This document shows, one piece after another, positions 1 through 9,314 of a DNA stretch of 64,000 nt. This DNA comes from Gammaproteobacteria bacterium. GTDB taxonomy: Bacteria > Pseudomonadota > Gammaproteobacteria > Steroidobacterales > Steroidobacteraceae. The translations under genes were made by a program, and so were the position numbers. Below the pieces are notes generated by a model, which did not search any database, was not told where the DNA came from, and worked only from the letters and a program-made list of their open reading frames with translations. Position 1 is the stretch's first letter. Every line of letters starts with the position of its first letter. The stretch covers positions 1,989-65,988 of the forward strand of contig JANXZG010000048.1 of the NCBI GenBank assembly GCA_025355645.1. Reading direction: 5' to 3'.

Positions 1-1166
1 GATGACATAACGCCAGCGAAAGCGCTGAACGCAACACAGACAATCGCCGCAGTGATGACGGGAACGTAGGAGCGGGCGCCGTTGCCGATAAGTGCGGCAG
101 CCAAGAGGGGCCCACTGGCGATGCCTAACTTTGAAAACAGGCCGGCCAGCGCCGCCGCGCGGCCGCTTCGATCAAAGTGCGCGCAAAGCCCAAGCAGATA
201 GGGGATAACAAAAAACACGGTAATGGCGGCAACGATGCAAGCCGCCACGAAGATGTCGGGAACGGCGCTCCAGTAAAACGCCACGTTTGCGAGCAAAAAT
301 ACCAATGTTCCGGCCACAATTGGTGCGATGCGTCCCCAGCGAGTGCCGATGATGACGACCAGTAAAGCCCCCACGGTTGCAAGCCAGTGCGCTATGCCGA
401 TTGTTGATGTTATGAAATTAAGCGAAAAGCCGTTCGCGCGGCCGAGTTCTATTAGGTAGGCATTAACTGCCATGTTGCCGGTCTGGAAAAGAAACACCGC
501 GCCCAGTGCGAGCCCGAGCGAGCGCCATGCACGCGTAGAACTCGTTGGATCTGGACTACCCGCCGGCGATGGCAGGGCGGGATAGGCGGGCAGGAACGGC
601 AACACCATCAGCGCTGCAATACTGAACGCGGCGAAGGCCAGGAACAGCACAGGCGCGCCAAAATCTGGAACAAGGCGCGGAAGAAACATGCTGCCGAGTC
701 CGCCGAGGACGGACTGGACGATCATCAAGACGCCGAAACAGCGGTCCGGGGAAGCGGTTCGCGACATGATGCCATAGGTAATGCCGACCAGCAGCCCGCC
801 AGTCAGTCCATGCAAAAAGCGCAGACAGGCGAGTACAACGGGCGCACGTACCTGCGTCGAAACAAGGTCAAATAGCAGCAGCGTACACAGCAACAGCAGC
901 GCTGCATGGCGCCAGGCGACGCGGCGCACCAGGAGGACCGCGCAAAAGGCCCCCGCTGCGGCTCCGTAGATATTGCAGGACGCGATGCGGCCGGCGACTT
1001 GCGGCGAAAACTTCAGGCCCGTGACCAAGCCGGAAACAAGCGCGGGCAGGATCGAGACATAAAAAAATCCGGCGGTCGCCAGCACCGAAAGCATCACCGC
1101 CGCGGCCATGCCATCAGGGTCAACGCGCGCCCGCGTGAATACCGGGAAGTTCTGGGCTGTGGCCAT
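1..1166 (-). CDS. MFS-type transporter, partial (3' end lies outside the window)
   Basis: Absent from the ORF track because no stop codon falls inside the window. Hand translation of the minus strand from the ATG at 1166 (alternative ATG at 1109) gives an uninterrupted multi-TM hydrophobic protein (MAAAVMLSVLATAGFFYVSILPAL...LRFLHGLTGGLLVGITYG...GPLLAAALIGNG...VITAAIVCVAF) that runs off position 1. An in-frame stop lies just upstream at 1176-1178. Confidence 0.6.
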   Translation of the reverse strand, partial: MATAQNFPVFTRARVDPDGMAAAVMLSVLATAGFFYVSILPALVSGLVTGLKFSPQVAGRIASCNIYGAAAGAFCAVLLVRRVAWRHAALLLLCTLLLFDLVSTQVRAPVVLACLRFLHGLTGGLLVGITYGIMSRTASPDRCFGVLMIVQSVLGGLGSMFLPRLVPDFGAPVLFLAFAAFSIAALMVLPFLPAYPALPSPAGSPDPTSSTRAWRSLGLALGAVFLFQTGNMAVNAYLIELGRANGFSLNFITSTIGIAHWLATVGALLVVIIGTRWGRIAPIVAGTLVFLLANVAFYWSAVPDIFVAACIVAAITVFFVIPYLLGLCAHFDRSGRAAALAGLFSKLGIASGPLLAAALIGNGARSYVPVITAAIVCVAFSAFAGVMS

Positions 1167-1248
1167 GCCGAGGATTTATACCGGAAATCAATTGCCTTCG
1201 CCGCTGGCGTTGCGAGCCAAAGTTGCGGTCCGTATCATTCCCTCCGGC

Positions 1249-2343
1249 ATGAACAGCCGAAAAATAGCCCTCGTCGTTGACTCAATGTACGGCGGCGGCG
1301 CAGAAAAAGTTGCTCTGACCTTGCGCCGGGCGCTGGAGGGCTGTGGCCATGAGGCGCACGTGATCGCTCTCGAGAGCACCAGTCATTACGATGCGGGCGC
1401 CGAGCGCCAGTTGCACTTCCTGCGCACTTCGCCCAAGAGCGCAGGCGGCGGCCGCGCCTATGCCAAGCAGGCGCTGGAACTTCGAGAGTTGCTGACCGGC
1501 CTCGAACGCGCTGATGGACGGCCATTTGACCTCGTGGTTGCAAACCTGATTCATTCACAGCACGTGGTCGCGCGCGCCGGGCTTGGCAATGACTGGTATT
1601 GCGTACACGCCTCGATCAGCGCTACCTTGGCTCACACGCTACGGCGCAATCCCCTGCAGTACTGGCGCCAGCGGCGCCAGCAACTGATCCTGAATGGCAA
1701 ACGGGTCATCGCCGTGTCACTGGGGCTCGAGCGGGAGCTGAAAGAGAGCCGCTGGCTCAAGCCCGCAAGCGTACGCACTATCTACAACCCGTTCGAATTC
1801 GAGACGCTACGCCGCCTGGCCGCGTCGACCGGTGAGCGGCTGCCGACCGAGCCCTACCTGCTGCATGTCGGTCGGGCCGCCAATCAAAAGCGCATTGACA
1901 TTCTTCTCGAGGCACTGCGGCGGTCCGAAAACACACTGCCGCTTGTGATGCTGACCAATCACCCGGACAAGGTGGCCCGCCTGGCGAAAAAGTTCGGTGT
2001 CGCGCAGCGTGTGCGACCGGTCGCATTCCGGCAAAATCCATACCCCTGGATGGCCAGGGCCGAGCTTGTCATCCTCTCCTCGGACTATGAAGGATTCCCG
2101 CTCGTGCTGATTGAAGCGCTCGCAGTTGGTACGCCCGTTGTCAGCACGGATTGTCCACATGGGCCGGCGGAAATCCTAACCGGAGCGCTGGCGCGCTGGC
2201 TCGTGCCGGTTGGCGATGCGGGGGCACTTGGAATGAAAATCGACGAGGCGCTTGCCGCCAGCATCCGCCCACAGTCCGCCCCCATTCTGGCGCAACTCGA
2301 TGCGCCACTGATCGCGGCGCAGTACGCCGCATTGGCGATTTAG
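1249..2343 (+). CDS. Glycosyltransferase, GT4 / group 1 family
   Basis: Track ORF 1108..2343. The likely start is internal Met48 (MNSRKIALVVDSMYGGGAEKV). The C-terminus has the EX7E-type motif EGFPLVLIEALAVGTPVVSTD. Confidence 0.8.
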   Translation: MNSRKIALVVDSMYGGGAEKVALTLRRALEGCGHEAHVIALESTSHYDAGAERQLHFLRTSPKSAGGGRAYAKQALELRELLTGLERADGRPFDLVVANLIHSQHVVARAGLGNDWYCVHASISATLAHTLRRNPLQYWRQRRQQLILNGKRVIAVSLGLERELKESRWLKPASVRTIYNPFEFETLRRLAASTGERLPTEPYLLHVGRAANQKRIDILLEALRRSENTLPLVMLTNHPDKVARLAKKFGVAQRVRPVAFRQNPYPWMARAELVILSSDYEGFPLVLIEALAVGTPVVSTDCPHGPAEILTGALARWLVPVGDAGALGMKIDEALAASIRPQSAPILAQLDAPLIAAQYAALAI

Positions 2344-2777
2344 CGCGCCACACCCATGCCAAAATGATAGACGTTGAGTCCCCCGCGATAGGCGGTCACG
2401 ATCAGCGCGGTACTGGCGAGCCCAAGCGCGATCAGGAATAGGGTCGAGGGCCTCGCCTCCTGCCGCGCCACTGCGCTACGCCATACCGCCAGGATCAGCA
2501 CGCTGAAACTCGCGCAGGCTGCCCATTTGATATGCACGGCGAGCCCGCTGCGCGCCTGCGCGGAAAGCTCGAGATCGAGCGTCGCCGCAAGGCCGGTGGC
2601 AAATGCGAAGACCACGCCTGCGGCACCGAGACACAAATTCCATGTGCCCACCGTCGCTAGGATTGCTGCCAGTGGCTCCGGTCTCATCAGGCGAGAGGCG
2701 AAAAGCACGGCCGCCGCCGTGAGCACCAAAGCGAGCGGAAAATGCACGATCATCGGATGCCAGGGTGGCCAATTCAT
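2340..2777 (-). CDS. Small integral membrane protein (DUF2231-like)
   Basis: Track ORF 2340..2816. Start taken at MNWPPWHPMIVHFPLALVL, which makes an ATGA overlap with the stop of the upstream SDR gene (2774-2777). About 4 TM segments. Confidence 0.6.
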   Translation of the reverse strand: MNWPPWHPMIVHFPLALVLTAAAVLFASRLMRPEPLAAILATVGTWNLCLGAAGVVFAFATGLAATLDLELSAQARSGLAVHIKWAACASFSVLILAVWRSAVARQEARPSTLFLIALGLASTALIVTAYRGGLNVYHFGMGVAR

Positions 2778-3730
2778 GACAGCACTTGCCCGCCGCTGCC
2801 CTGCCCCCGCCACCACGCAATCGTATCGGCGATCGCCTCATCGAGGTTGAGACGCGGCTGCCAGCCGACCTCCTTCCGCAGGCGTGTTATGTCGGGCACA
2901 AGCAAGGCAGGTTCGCCCGCGGGCAACGGCTTCGCGCCGAAGCGCACAAGATCGATACGGCCGATCTTCGCGGCAATGGCGTCGATCAGCGTGGCAACTG
3001 CCATAGGCTCGCCCGATCCAATGTTTACGGCCCCATGAACCTCGCTGTCCAACAATGCCGCAAAGGCTTCGGCAACGTCGGCCACGTGCAGGAAACTTCG
3101 CACCTGCGTGCCCGCCGTGCACAGCGCCGCGCGGCCTATCAACAGGCTGCGCACAACGGTTGGCACCAGACGTGTGACATGCTCGCCAGGTCCGAACTGA
3201 AAAAATATGCGTCCCCAGGCAGTGGAAGCTCCAGATTGCCGGCCAAGATCGGCCAGTCGGCGATGCATGTCGAGCTTTGCCTGCGCGTACGGGGTTGGCG
3301 CCAGTGCCCCGGTATCCGCCAGCGGACTCGACGCCTCCTGGCACACGGTCGTGCGCGACCAGTCGTATTCGGCACAGCTGCCGGCCATAACGGCGCGTTG
3401 CCCTCCGCAGGAAAAAAAGCGCTTTGCCAGATGGGTCCCCGCCTGGAGCCAGCGGCCGTTTTCTGCGCTTGTCCAGTAAACACCGGGTACCGCAATCCAG
3501 GCGAAATGCAGCAGGTGAGTCGGCCTTACCAGCGCAATCAGCGTATCAATTGCCTCCGGATCCAGGAGGTCCACCTGGTGCGCCGTGGCGCCTGCGAGCT
3601 GCACACCCGCTGCAGGTGGTCGCAGCGGTGCAAATACGGCGTGAACGTCGAAGTTCCGCGCCTGCAATGCCGCCAGGCTCCAGCGTCCGATGAATCCGCC
3701 TGCACCGGTGACAAGTACACGGCGCGGCAT
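2774..3730 (-). CDS. NAD-dependent sugar epimerase/reductase (extended SDR)
   Basis: Rossmann motif VLVTGAGGFIG at the N-terminus and a YxxxK catalytic motif (YAQAK). Sits in the nucleotide-sugar operon. Confidence 0.85.
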   Translation of the reverse strand: MPRRVLVTGAGGFIGRWSLAALQARNFDVHAVFAPLRPPAAGVQLAGATAHQVDLLDPEAIDTLIALVRPTHLLHFAWIAVPGVYWTSAENGRWLQAGTHLAKRFFSCGGQRAVMAGSCAEYDWSRTTVCQEASSPLADTGALAPTPYAQAKLDMHRRLADLGRQSGASTAWGRIFFQFGPGEHVTRLVPTVVRSLLIGRAALCTAGTQVRSFLHVADVAEAFAALLDSEVHGAVNIGSGEPMAVATLIDAIAAKIGRIDLVRFGAKPLPAGEPALLVPDITRLRKEVGWQPRLNLDEAIADTIAWWRGQGSGGQVLS

Positions 3731-3732
3731 TC

Positions 3733-4275
3733 TCAGCCCGTCGCTTCGGGCGCGAAGTCAGGATAACCCGCATCGCGTGCCGACAGGATCGCTGGCGTGA
3801 ACGGCCACCTGATGCCGAAGGCTGCATCATTCCAGCTGAAGCCCCGCGCCGCCTCCGCCACATAGTCAGCCGAGATCATGTAAAGCAATTCCGTGGCATC
3901 GTCGATACTCAAAAAGCCATGCGCCACCCCTTCCGGAATGTACAACGCACAGCCATTCGCGGCGCTGAGTTCGACGCCGTACCAGCCTCGGAAACTCGTC
4001 GAGGCAGGCCGGATATCAACTATGACGTCGTACGCGGCGCCCGCTGTGCAACGCACGAGCTTGGCTTCGGCATGCGGGCGCGCCTGATAGTGCATGCCGC
4101 GCAGTGTGCCGCGCTTCATGTTGTGCGAGACACTGGATTGGCGATAAATACTGCAGAGGCCGCGCGCGGCAAACTCTGCAGCGCAGTGCGTGCGCGCGAA
4201 AAAGCCACGCTCATCGGTCGATTTCTCCGCCTCGATGAGCCAGGCTCCCGCAATGGGGCAAGCGGTGAATATCAT
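3733..4275 (-). CDS. NDP-4-keto-6-deoxyhexose 3,5-epimerase family (RmlC-like cupin)
   Basis: Track ORF 3733..4617, trimmed to Met115 (MIFTACPIAGAWLIE), which overlaps the upstream stop as ATGA. RmlC hallmarks are present: RGMHYQ and YIPEGVAHGF. Length 180 aa. Confidence 0.85.
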   Translation of the reverse strand: MIFTACPIAGAWLIEAEKSTDERGFFARTHCAAEFAARGLCSIYRQSSVSHNMKRGTLRGMHYQARPHAEAKLVRCTAGAAYDVIVDIRPASTSFRGWYGVELSAANGCALYIPEGVAHGFLSIDDATELLYMISADYVAEAARGFSWNDAAFGIRWPFTPAILSARDAGYPDFAPEATG

Positions 4276-5513
4276 GGGTGAATCTTGATCTTTGGTACCG
4301 GGGTCACGAAGCGCCCACCCCAGGCGCGCACCCCATCTAGCTGCCGCATGATCTCCGTCTGCAGGTTCCACGGCAGGATCAGTACGTAGTCGGGCTGGCG
4401 GCGCGTCAATTCCTCGGGCGAGACGACCGGAATGACGCTGCCCGGCAGGAACTTGTCCTGCTTGTGTGGATTGCGATCGGCGACGAAAGCAATATCGGCG
4501 GACGTCAGGCCACAGAAGTTCAGCAGCGTATTCCCCTTCGCCGCGGCGCCATAACCCGCGACGGTCTTGCCGGCCGCCTTTGCGCCACGCAAAAATTCGC
4601 GCACCGAGGCGCGACAAGCCTCGACGCGCTCCGCGAATTGCCAGTAGGTATGCGAGTCGGCGACGCCGGCGGCGGCCTCATTGGCGCGCACCCTCGTGAG
4701 CGCGGCGCTATCGGAAAGCTCAGCGCGCGAGCTATGCGAAGCATAAATACGCAGCGAACCCCCGTGCGTCGGCAACTCATCCACATCGTAGATGCGCAGG
4801 CCGTAGCGCCCGAACACCTGCTCAATCGCGTATAGAGATATATAGGAGTAGTGCTCGTGGTAAATCGTGTCAAATTCAACATGCTCGAGCAGCTTAAGCA
4901 GATGCGGAAATTCGATCGTGACCGAGCCCCGCGGCTTCAAGATGATCGCGATACCGGCCACGAAGTCATTGATCGCCGGGACGTGCGCGAGCACGTTATT
5001 GCCAATAACAAGGTCTGCGTATCGGCCTTGGTTGGCCAATTCGCGCGCCTGAACCTCGCCAAAAAACTCGACCAGGGTCGGCACGCCGAGCTCGAGTGCG
5101 GCCCGCGCCACGGTCTCGGATGGGTCAATGCCGAGCACCGGAATGCCCATCTCGAGAAAGTTCTTCAACAGGTAGCCGTCATTGCTAGCAAGCTCCAGCA
5201 CCAGGCTTTCTGGCCCTAGATCAAAGCGCCGCTGCGCCATGCGGCAATACTCCTGCGCATGGGTCAACCAGTCATCGGAATAAGAGGAAAAGTAAACGTA
5301 ATTTCCGAACAGTTCGCGCGGGTCAACATCGTAGTCAAGCTGCACTAAGCGGCAGGTATCGCAGACCTTGGCGCGCAGCGGATACAATTTCTCGTCGGCC
5401 GCCGCCGCGACGGTTGGCAGAAATGCGTTGGACGGGGGCTGCTGCCCAAGATCGGCCATCGTGACCGACAGCATGCCGCCACAGGCGCGGCAGGCGTACA
5501 CAGGCCCTACCAA
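4272..5513 (-). CDS. SAM-dependent NDP-hexose C-methyltransferase (Zn-ribbon N-terminus + C-methyltransferase C-terminal domain, TylCIII-like)
   Basis: N-terminal CxxC (YACRACGG ... CDTC) is followed by LGQQPPSNAF. A class I methyltransferase core follows (LELASNDG). TTG start at 5513 is preceded by GAGGA. Confidence 0.8.
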   Translation of the reverse strand: MVGPVYACRACGGMLSVTMADLGQQPPSNAFLPTVAAAADEKLYPLRAKVCDTCRLVQLDYDVDPRELFGNYVYFSSYSDDWLTHAQEYCRMAQRRFDLGPESLVLELASNDGYLLKNFLEMGIPVLGIDPSETVARAALELGVPTLVEFFGEVQARELANQGRYADLVIGNNVLAHVPAINDFVAGIAIILKPRGSVTIEFPHLLKLLEHVEFDTIYHEHYSYISLYAIEQVFGRYGLRIYDVDELPTHGGSLRIYASHSSRAELSDSAALTRVRANEAAAGVADSHTYWQFAERVEACRASVREFLRGAKAAGKTVAGYGAAAKGNTLLNFCGLTSADIAFVADRNPHKQDKFLPGSVIPVVSPEELTRRQPDYVLILPWNLQTEIMRQLDGVRAWGGRFVTPVPKIKIHP

Positions 5514-5520
5514 GGGATCC

Positions 5521-6297
5521 TCATCCTTCCCATACTTTCCAGGGCGCCGCGCCTTGGTCCCATAATGCGTTCAGGTTCTGCTTATCGCGCAACGTGTCCA
5601 TTGGCTGCCAGAATCCCTGATGCACCCAGGCAGCGAGCTGTCCGCGCCGGGCGAGCTGCTCCATCGGCTCATTTTCCCACACCACGTTATGGCCTGAGAT
5701 CAGGTCAAGCACGCGCGGCTCCAGCACAAAAAATCCGCCGTTGATCAGGCCGCTCTCGCCCTGGGGCTTCTCCTCGAACGAGACTACCTTGTTGCCTTCC
5801 ATCACGATCCGACCAAAGCGCGCTGGCGGGCGCACGCAGGCAACCGTCGCCTGGCAGCCGTGCGAACGGTGAAAAGCAACCTCCTCGCCGATGTCAATGT
5901 CAGACAGGCCATCGCCATAGGTCATGCAGAATGTTTCGCCATCGCGAAGGTACTTACGCACCTGCAGCAGGCGTCCGCCGGTCATCGTCTCCTCACCGGT
6001 ATCGACCAGCGTGACTTTCCAGGGTTCGCTACGACAATCGTGATATTCAACCTGGTTGCTGGCCATGTCGAAAGTTACGTCTGCCTGGTGTAGAAAATAG
6101 TTCGCGAAATATTCCTTGACCATATAGCCCTTGTAGCCGAGGCACACGATGAACTCGTGCACGCCGTAGGAGGCGTAGAGCTTCATAATGTGCCAAAGGA
6201 TCGGATGAGCGCCGATTTCCACCATGGGCTTGGGCCTAGTATTCGACTCCTCGGCGATGCGGGTGCCCTTGCCGCCGGCGAGTATTACGCACTTCAT
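5521..6297 (-). CDS. rfbF: Glucose-1-phosphate cytidylyltransferase
   Basis: Trimmed to MKCVILAGGKGTRIAEESNTRPKPMVEIG, which is near-identical in pattern to RfbF/DdhA. ATGA overlap with the rfbG stop. 258 aa. Confidence 0.9.
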   Translation of the reverse strand: MKCVILAGGKGTRIAEESNTRPKPMVEIGAHPILWHIMKLYASYGVHEFIVCLGYKGYMVKEYFANYFLHQADVTFDMASNQVEYHDCRSEPWKVTLVDTGEETMTGGRLLQVRKYLRDGETFCMTYGDGLSDIDIGEEVAFHRSHGCQATVACVRPPARFGRIVMEGNKVVSFEEKPQGESGLINGGFFVLEPRVLDLISGHNVVWENEPMEQLARRGQLAAWVHQGFWQPMDTLRDKQNLNALWDQGAAPWKVWEG

Positions 6298-7346
6298 GCG
6301 AGCCGCCGGTATTCGGCCAACTGATTTTGCGAATAATGCAGCATGTTCTCTCCTGCCCGATGCGCCTGATACCAGTCCGCCGTCCATGACAGCGTCTGTG
6401 CAAATCCCAGCTTCGTCCGCCACTTCAGCGTGCGCTCAGCGAGCGCCGATGTCAGCGTCAGCGCAGGCGCTTCCGGAGGATGTAGTCCGCCGTCCGGGAC
6501 CCAGCCCGGTCTGCCGCCAAAGCTTGCGCTCAGCGCGTCGACCACGGCACTGACCGTGCAAAAGGATGCAGGGTTCGGGCCGAAATTGACAGCGCGCGGT
6601 GCGCTGACCGGCGAATTCACCAGCGCCTCGGCCAGCGCGAGATAACCGGAGAGCGGCTCGAGGACGTGCTGCCAGGGACGTACCGCGTCGGGATAACGCA
6701 AGCTGACCGGTGCACCTGCGTCTATTGCCCGAATGCAATCCGGAACCAGCCGGTCCTGCGACCAGTCGCCGCCACCGATCACATTTCCGGCACGCACGGT
6801 TGCGACGGGCGGGCCAGGGCTGAAAAAACTGTCCCGGAAGCTTGCGGTCAGCAGCTCTGCGCAGGCCTTGCTGTTGCTATAAGGATCATGGCCGCCCAGT
6901 CGATCTTGCTCGCAGAAGGGATGCCCCCGGCCATCGTTCTCGTAAACCTTGTCGCTGGTGACGACGAGGATGCACTCCAGGTGCCGAAGCGCGCGGCAAG
7001 CCTGCAGCAGGTTGGCCGTGCCGATGACGTTGGTGGCGAACGTGCCCACCGGGTCCTGATAGGATTCGCGCACCAGCGCCTGGGCCGCCATGTGAATCAC
7101 AACCTGCGGATCGGACGCGCTCACCGAATGTTGCAGCAATTCGGCATTGCGGATATCGCCAATGATCGAGCGTGAACCTTCATCGAGCAATGACACCAAG
7201 TTCGGCCGGGTGTCAGGGGCGAGCGCGAATCCGGTGACATCTGCATCAAGGCTGCGCAGCATCAGTCCAAGCCATGCGCCCTTGAAGCCGGTGTGCCCGG
7301 TCACCAGCACGCGGCGATTTTGCCAGAATGACTCAGCCGCGCTCAT
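6294..7346 (-). CDS. rfbG: CDP-glucose 4,6-dehydratase
   Basis: Trimmed to MSAAESFWQNRRVLVTGHTGFKGAWL. YSNSKACAE catalytic motif. About 350 aa. Confidence 0.9.
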   Translation of the reverse strand: MSAAESFWQNRRVLVTGHTGFKGAWLGLMLRSLDADVTGFALAPDTRPNLVSLLDEGSRSIIGDIRNAELLQHSVSASDPQVVIHMAAQALVRESYQDPVGTFATNVIGTANLLQACRALRHLECILVVTSDKVYENDGRGHPFCEQDRLGGHDPYSNSKACAELLTASFRDSFFSPGPPVATVRAGNVIGGGDWSQDRLVPDCIRAIDAGAPVSLRYPDAVRPWQHVLEPLSGYLALAEALVNSPVSAPRAVNFGPNPASFCTVSAVVDALSASFGGRPGWVPDGGLHPPEAPALTLTSALAERTLKWRTKLGFAQTLSWTADWYQAHRAGENMLHYSQNQLAEYRRLA

Positions 7347-8226
7347 CGCGATTCCAATAGGCCGCCAGACGCTTGAGGCACTGCCTGACCGGTGCATAAC
7401 CTGACAAGGCAGACAGACGCACATGCATGGTGATGCCGCGCCGCATCGTCTGGACCAAGTGAAATAAGTCCAGGTACTGACCGCGGCGCTGCGTTGCGTG
7501 GGCGATTTTCAATGCATCGCACACGACCGCTACTGGCGTGCGATGGATTTTTGACGCCGCCGCGAACGGGTCGCATACGCTCGCACGAAAATTCGCGTCG
7601 CTGTTCAATATCCAGGTTGCCATGCGCTCGATGATGAAGATCTTCATCGGCGCCGATGCGCGCGCCCGATAGGGCACGGCTGCGCGCAGCTTCTCGCCAA
7701 GCGCGTCCCCCGGTTCTTCGGCGATCGCGAATAACGCCTCGTTGACCCTGAGCCACTCGCGCCAGAAACGCGGCCGGGCGACAAAGTAATTCGAGAACAC
7801 TTCTGTCCTCGAATCCGTCACCAGCTTGCCAAGGTCCACGGGAGCGCCAAGGCGCTGCAGGAATTCCTGCGCAACACCCAGAAGTCCCGGGTGCTTGGCC
7901 TCGCCATGCAAGAACACATTAGTATAGTAAGCGCTGTTGTGAATGCTCGGCGTCAGCGAGATGACATCGATCGAGGCATCGGCATCCCGAATCAGTGCCT
8001 CGACCTGGGCAGCTTCAAGGTTTGTCTTCTGCTTGAACTTCGGTGATAGAAAACCATAGAAGGCCTGCTCATCCAGGGACTCATTCAGCAGGAAATTGCG
8101 GATGGGCCAGTATTCGTACCAGTCGGGGCGCTGATTCGCCGTGTTATCGAGGACACGAAACCCAGGGTCCAGCGCCTGCCGCAGCGTGTAGAAATTCAGT
8201 ATCTGGTAGACAAATGCCTGCGGCAT
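7333..8226 (-). CDS. Hypothetical protein embedded in the polysaccharide operon
   Basis: Track ORF 7333..8322, trimmed to MPQAFVYQILNFY. Soluble, with no motif I recognise (..RPDWYEYWPIRNFLL..YGFLSPKFKQKT..). Coding-like composition. Confidence 0.55.
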   Translation of the reverse strand: MPQAFVYQILNFYTLRQALDPGFRVLDNTANQRPDWYEYWPIRNFLLNESLDEQAFYGFLSPKFKQKTNLEAAQVEALIRDADASIDVISLTPSIHNSAYYTNVFLHGEAKHPGLLGVAQEFLQRLGAPVDLGKLVTDSRTEVFSNYFVARPRFWREWLRVNEALFAIAEEPGDALGEKLRAAVPYRARASAPMKIFIIERMATWILNSDANFRASVCDPFAAASKIHRTPVAVVCDALKIAHATQRRGQYLDLFHLVQTMRRGITMHVRLSALSGYAPVRQCLKRLAAYWNRDERG

Positions 8227-8264
8227 GGCCAGAGAATACCCAAATACGCCGCAGCGCGCATTGG

Positions 8265-9314
8265 CTAAAACTTGCGCAGGCAGGCGCAGATCCCCTGAAG
8301 CGCAATCTCGATACCGTCGCACAGCTTCAGGTCAGCCGCGTGGCGCGCGAGGGCCTCGCGTCTGGGCTCATCGAGCCACAGCGAAAGCGCGGTATCCGCA
8401 ATCGCATCGGCCTCAAGCGGCGCATCGATCGTCACGCCCGACCTGAGGCAGCGGCGGATGCGTTCACGCTGGTCATTGGCGATTGCGACGGCCACACAAG
8501 CGCGCCCGCATGAGATTGCCTGTAGCAGCGTCGATCCACCGTTGACGACGATGAGTCGTGCGCTCCTAATCAGGGCGGCGAGTTGCGCCTGTGGCAGCGT
8601 TCCGAACGCCTGCAGATTCGCGAGCACGACGCCCTTGGCGTGCGGACCCACGTACATCGTTTGGACACCCTGGGATGCGAGGCGCGTCGCCGCCGCAAAA
8701 AACCTGGTTGCCGCATCCGCAGCACCCGGATGGCCCGTCCCACCGCCCGGCACCACCAGCGCGAACGGCGCCGCGTCGGTGGCTTGCGCGAGTGTTCCCG
8801 GAGTTAGAATGACGTCGAGGAAGCGCAGTCGCGGGCCGCCCCGCAGGGCGAGCTTTAGCTTCTCGATCGGCCCCAGAGCGCCTGCGATAAATTCGGGGTA
8901 GGCGATCCAGTGCTCATCGAGCATCCCCATCCAGCGCCAGCGAAATCCGCGGTTGCGCTGGCGGCGGCGCGAACTAATGTAAATCACGGCGGCACCCGAG
9001 GAGCGCGCTGCGCGCAGTTGCGCAGTGCGCCCCGCATTATCGAATATGACGATATCCGGGTGGAACTGGTGAATGCACGCAATGACCTCGGCGCTGTGAA
9101 ATGTCGGCGATGATGGCACGAAGGTATGTCCGAAGGGCGTCGTTGCCGAATAGGGGGCTTGCGCACTGAGGACGAAATGCACCTGCGCGTCGGGCCAGCG
9201 ATCCACGACCGCGTGCGCAATCGCGAGCGAGCGCGCGTATTCGCCCATGCCGTAGGCGCCTGATACGGGCACGAACAGCAGCCGCAGTTGACGGCGGGGC
9301 GCCTCGTCAGCCAA
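8265..9314 (-). CDS. Putative GT-B glycosyltransferase (MurG/GT28-like)
   Basis: N-terminal LRLLFVPVSGAYGMGEY and C-terminal VVNGGSTLLQAISCGRACVAV resemble GT28/GT1 nucleotide-sugar-binding halves. The start is uncertain; the proposed TTG at 9314 overlaps the asnB-like stop. Confidence 0.55.
   Translation of the reverse strand: MADEAPRRQLRLLFVPVSGAYGMGEYARSLAIAHAVVDRWPDAQVHFVLSAQAPYSATTPFGHTFVPSSPTFHSAEVIACIHQFHPDIVIFDNAGRTAQLRAARSSGAAVIYISSRRRQRNRGFRWRWMGMLDEHWIAYPEFIAGALGPIEKLKLALRGGPRLRFLDVILTPGTLAQATDAAPFALVVPGGGTGHPGAADAATRFFAAATRLASQGVQTMYVGPHAKGVVLANLQAFGTLPQAQLAALIRSARLIVVNGGSTLLQAISCGRACVAVAIANDQRERIRRCLRSGVTIDAPLEADAIADTALSLWLDEPRREALARHAADLKLCDGIEIALQGICACLRKF

Noticed and set aside
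2786-3766. 326-aa plus-strand ORF
   Set aside because: Antisense to the SDR epimerase/reductase gene. A shadow ORF.
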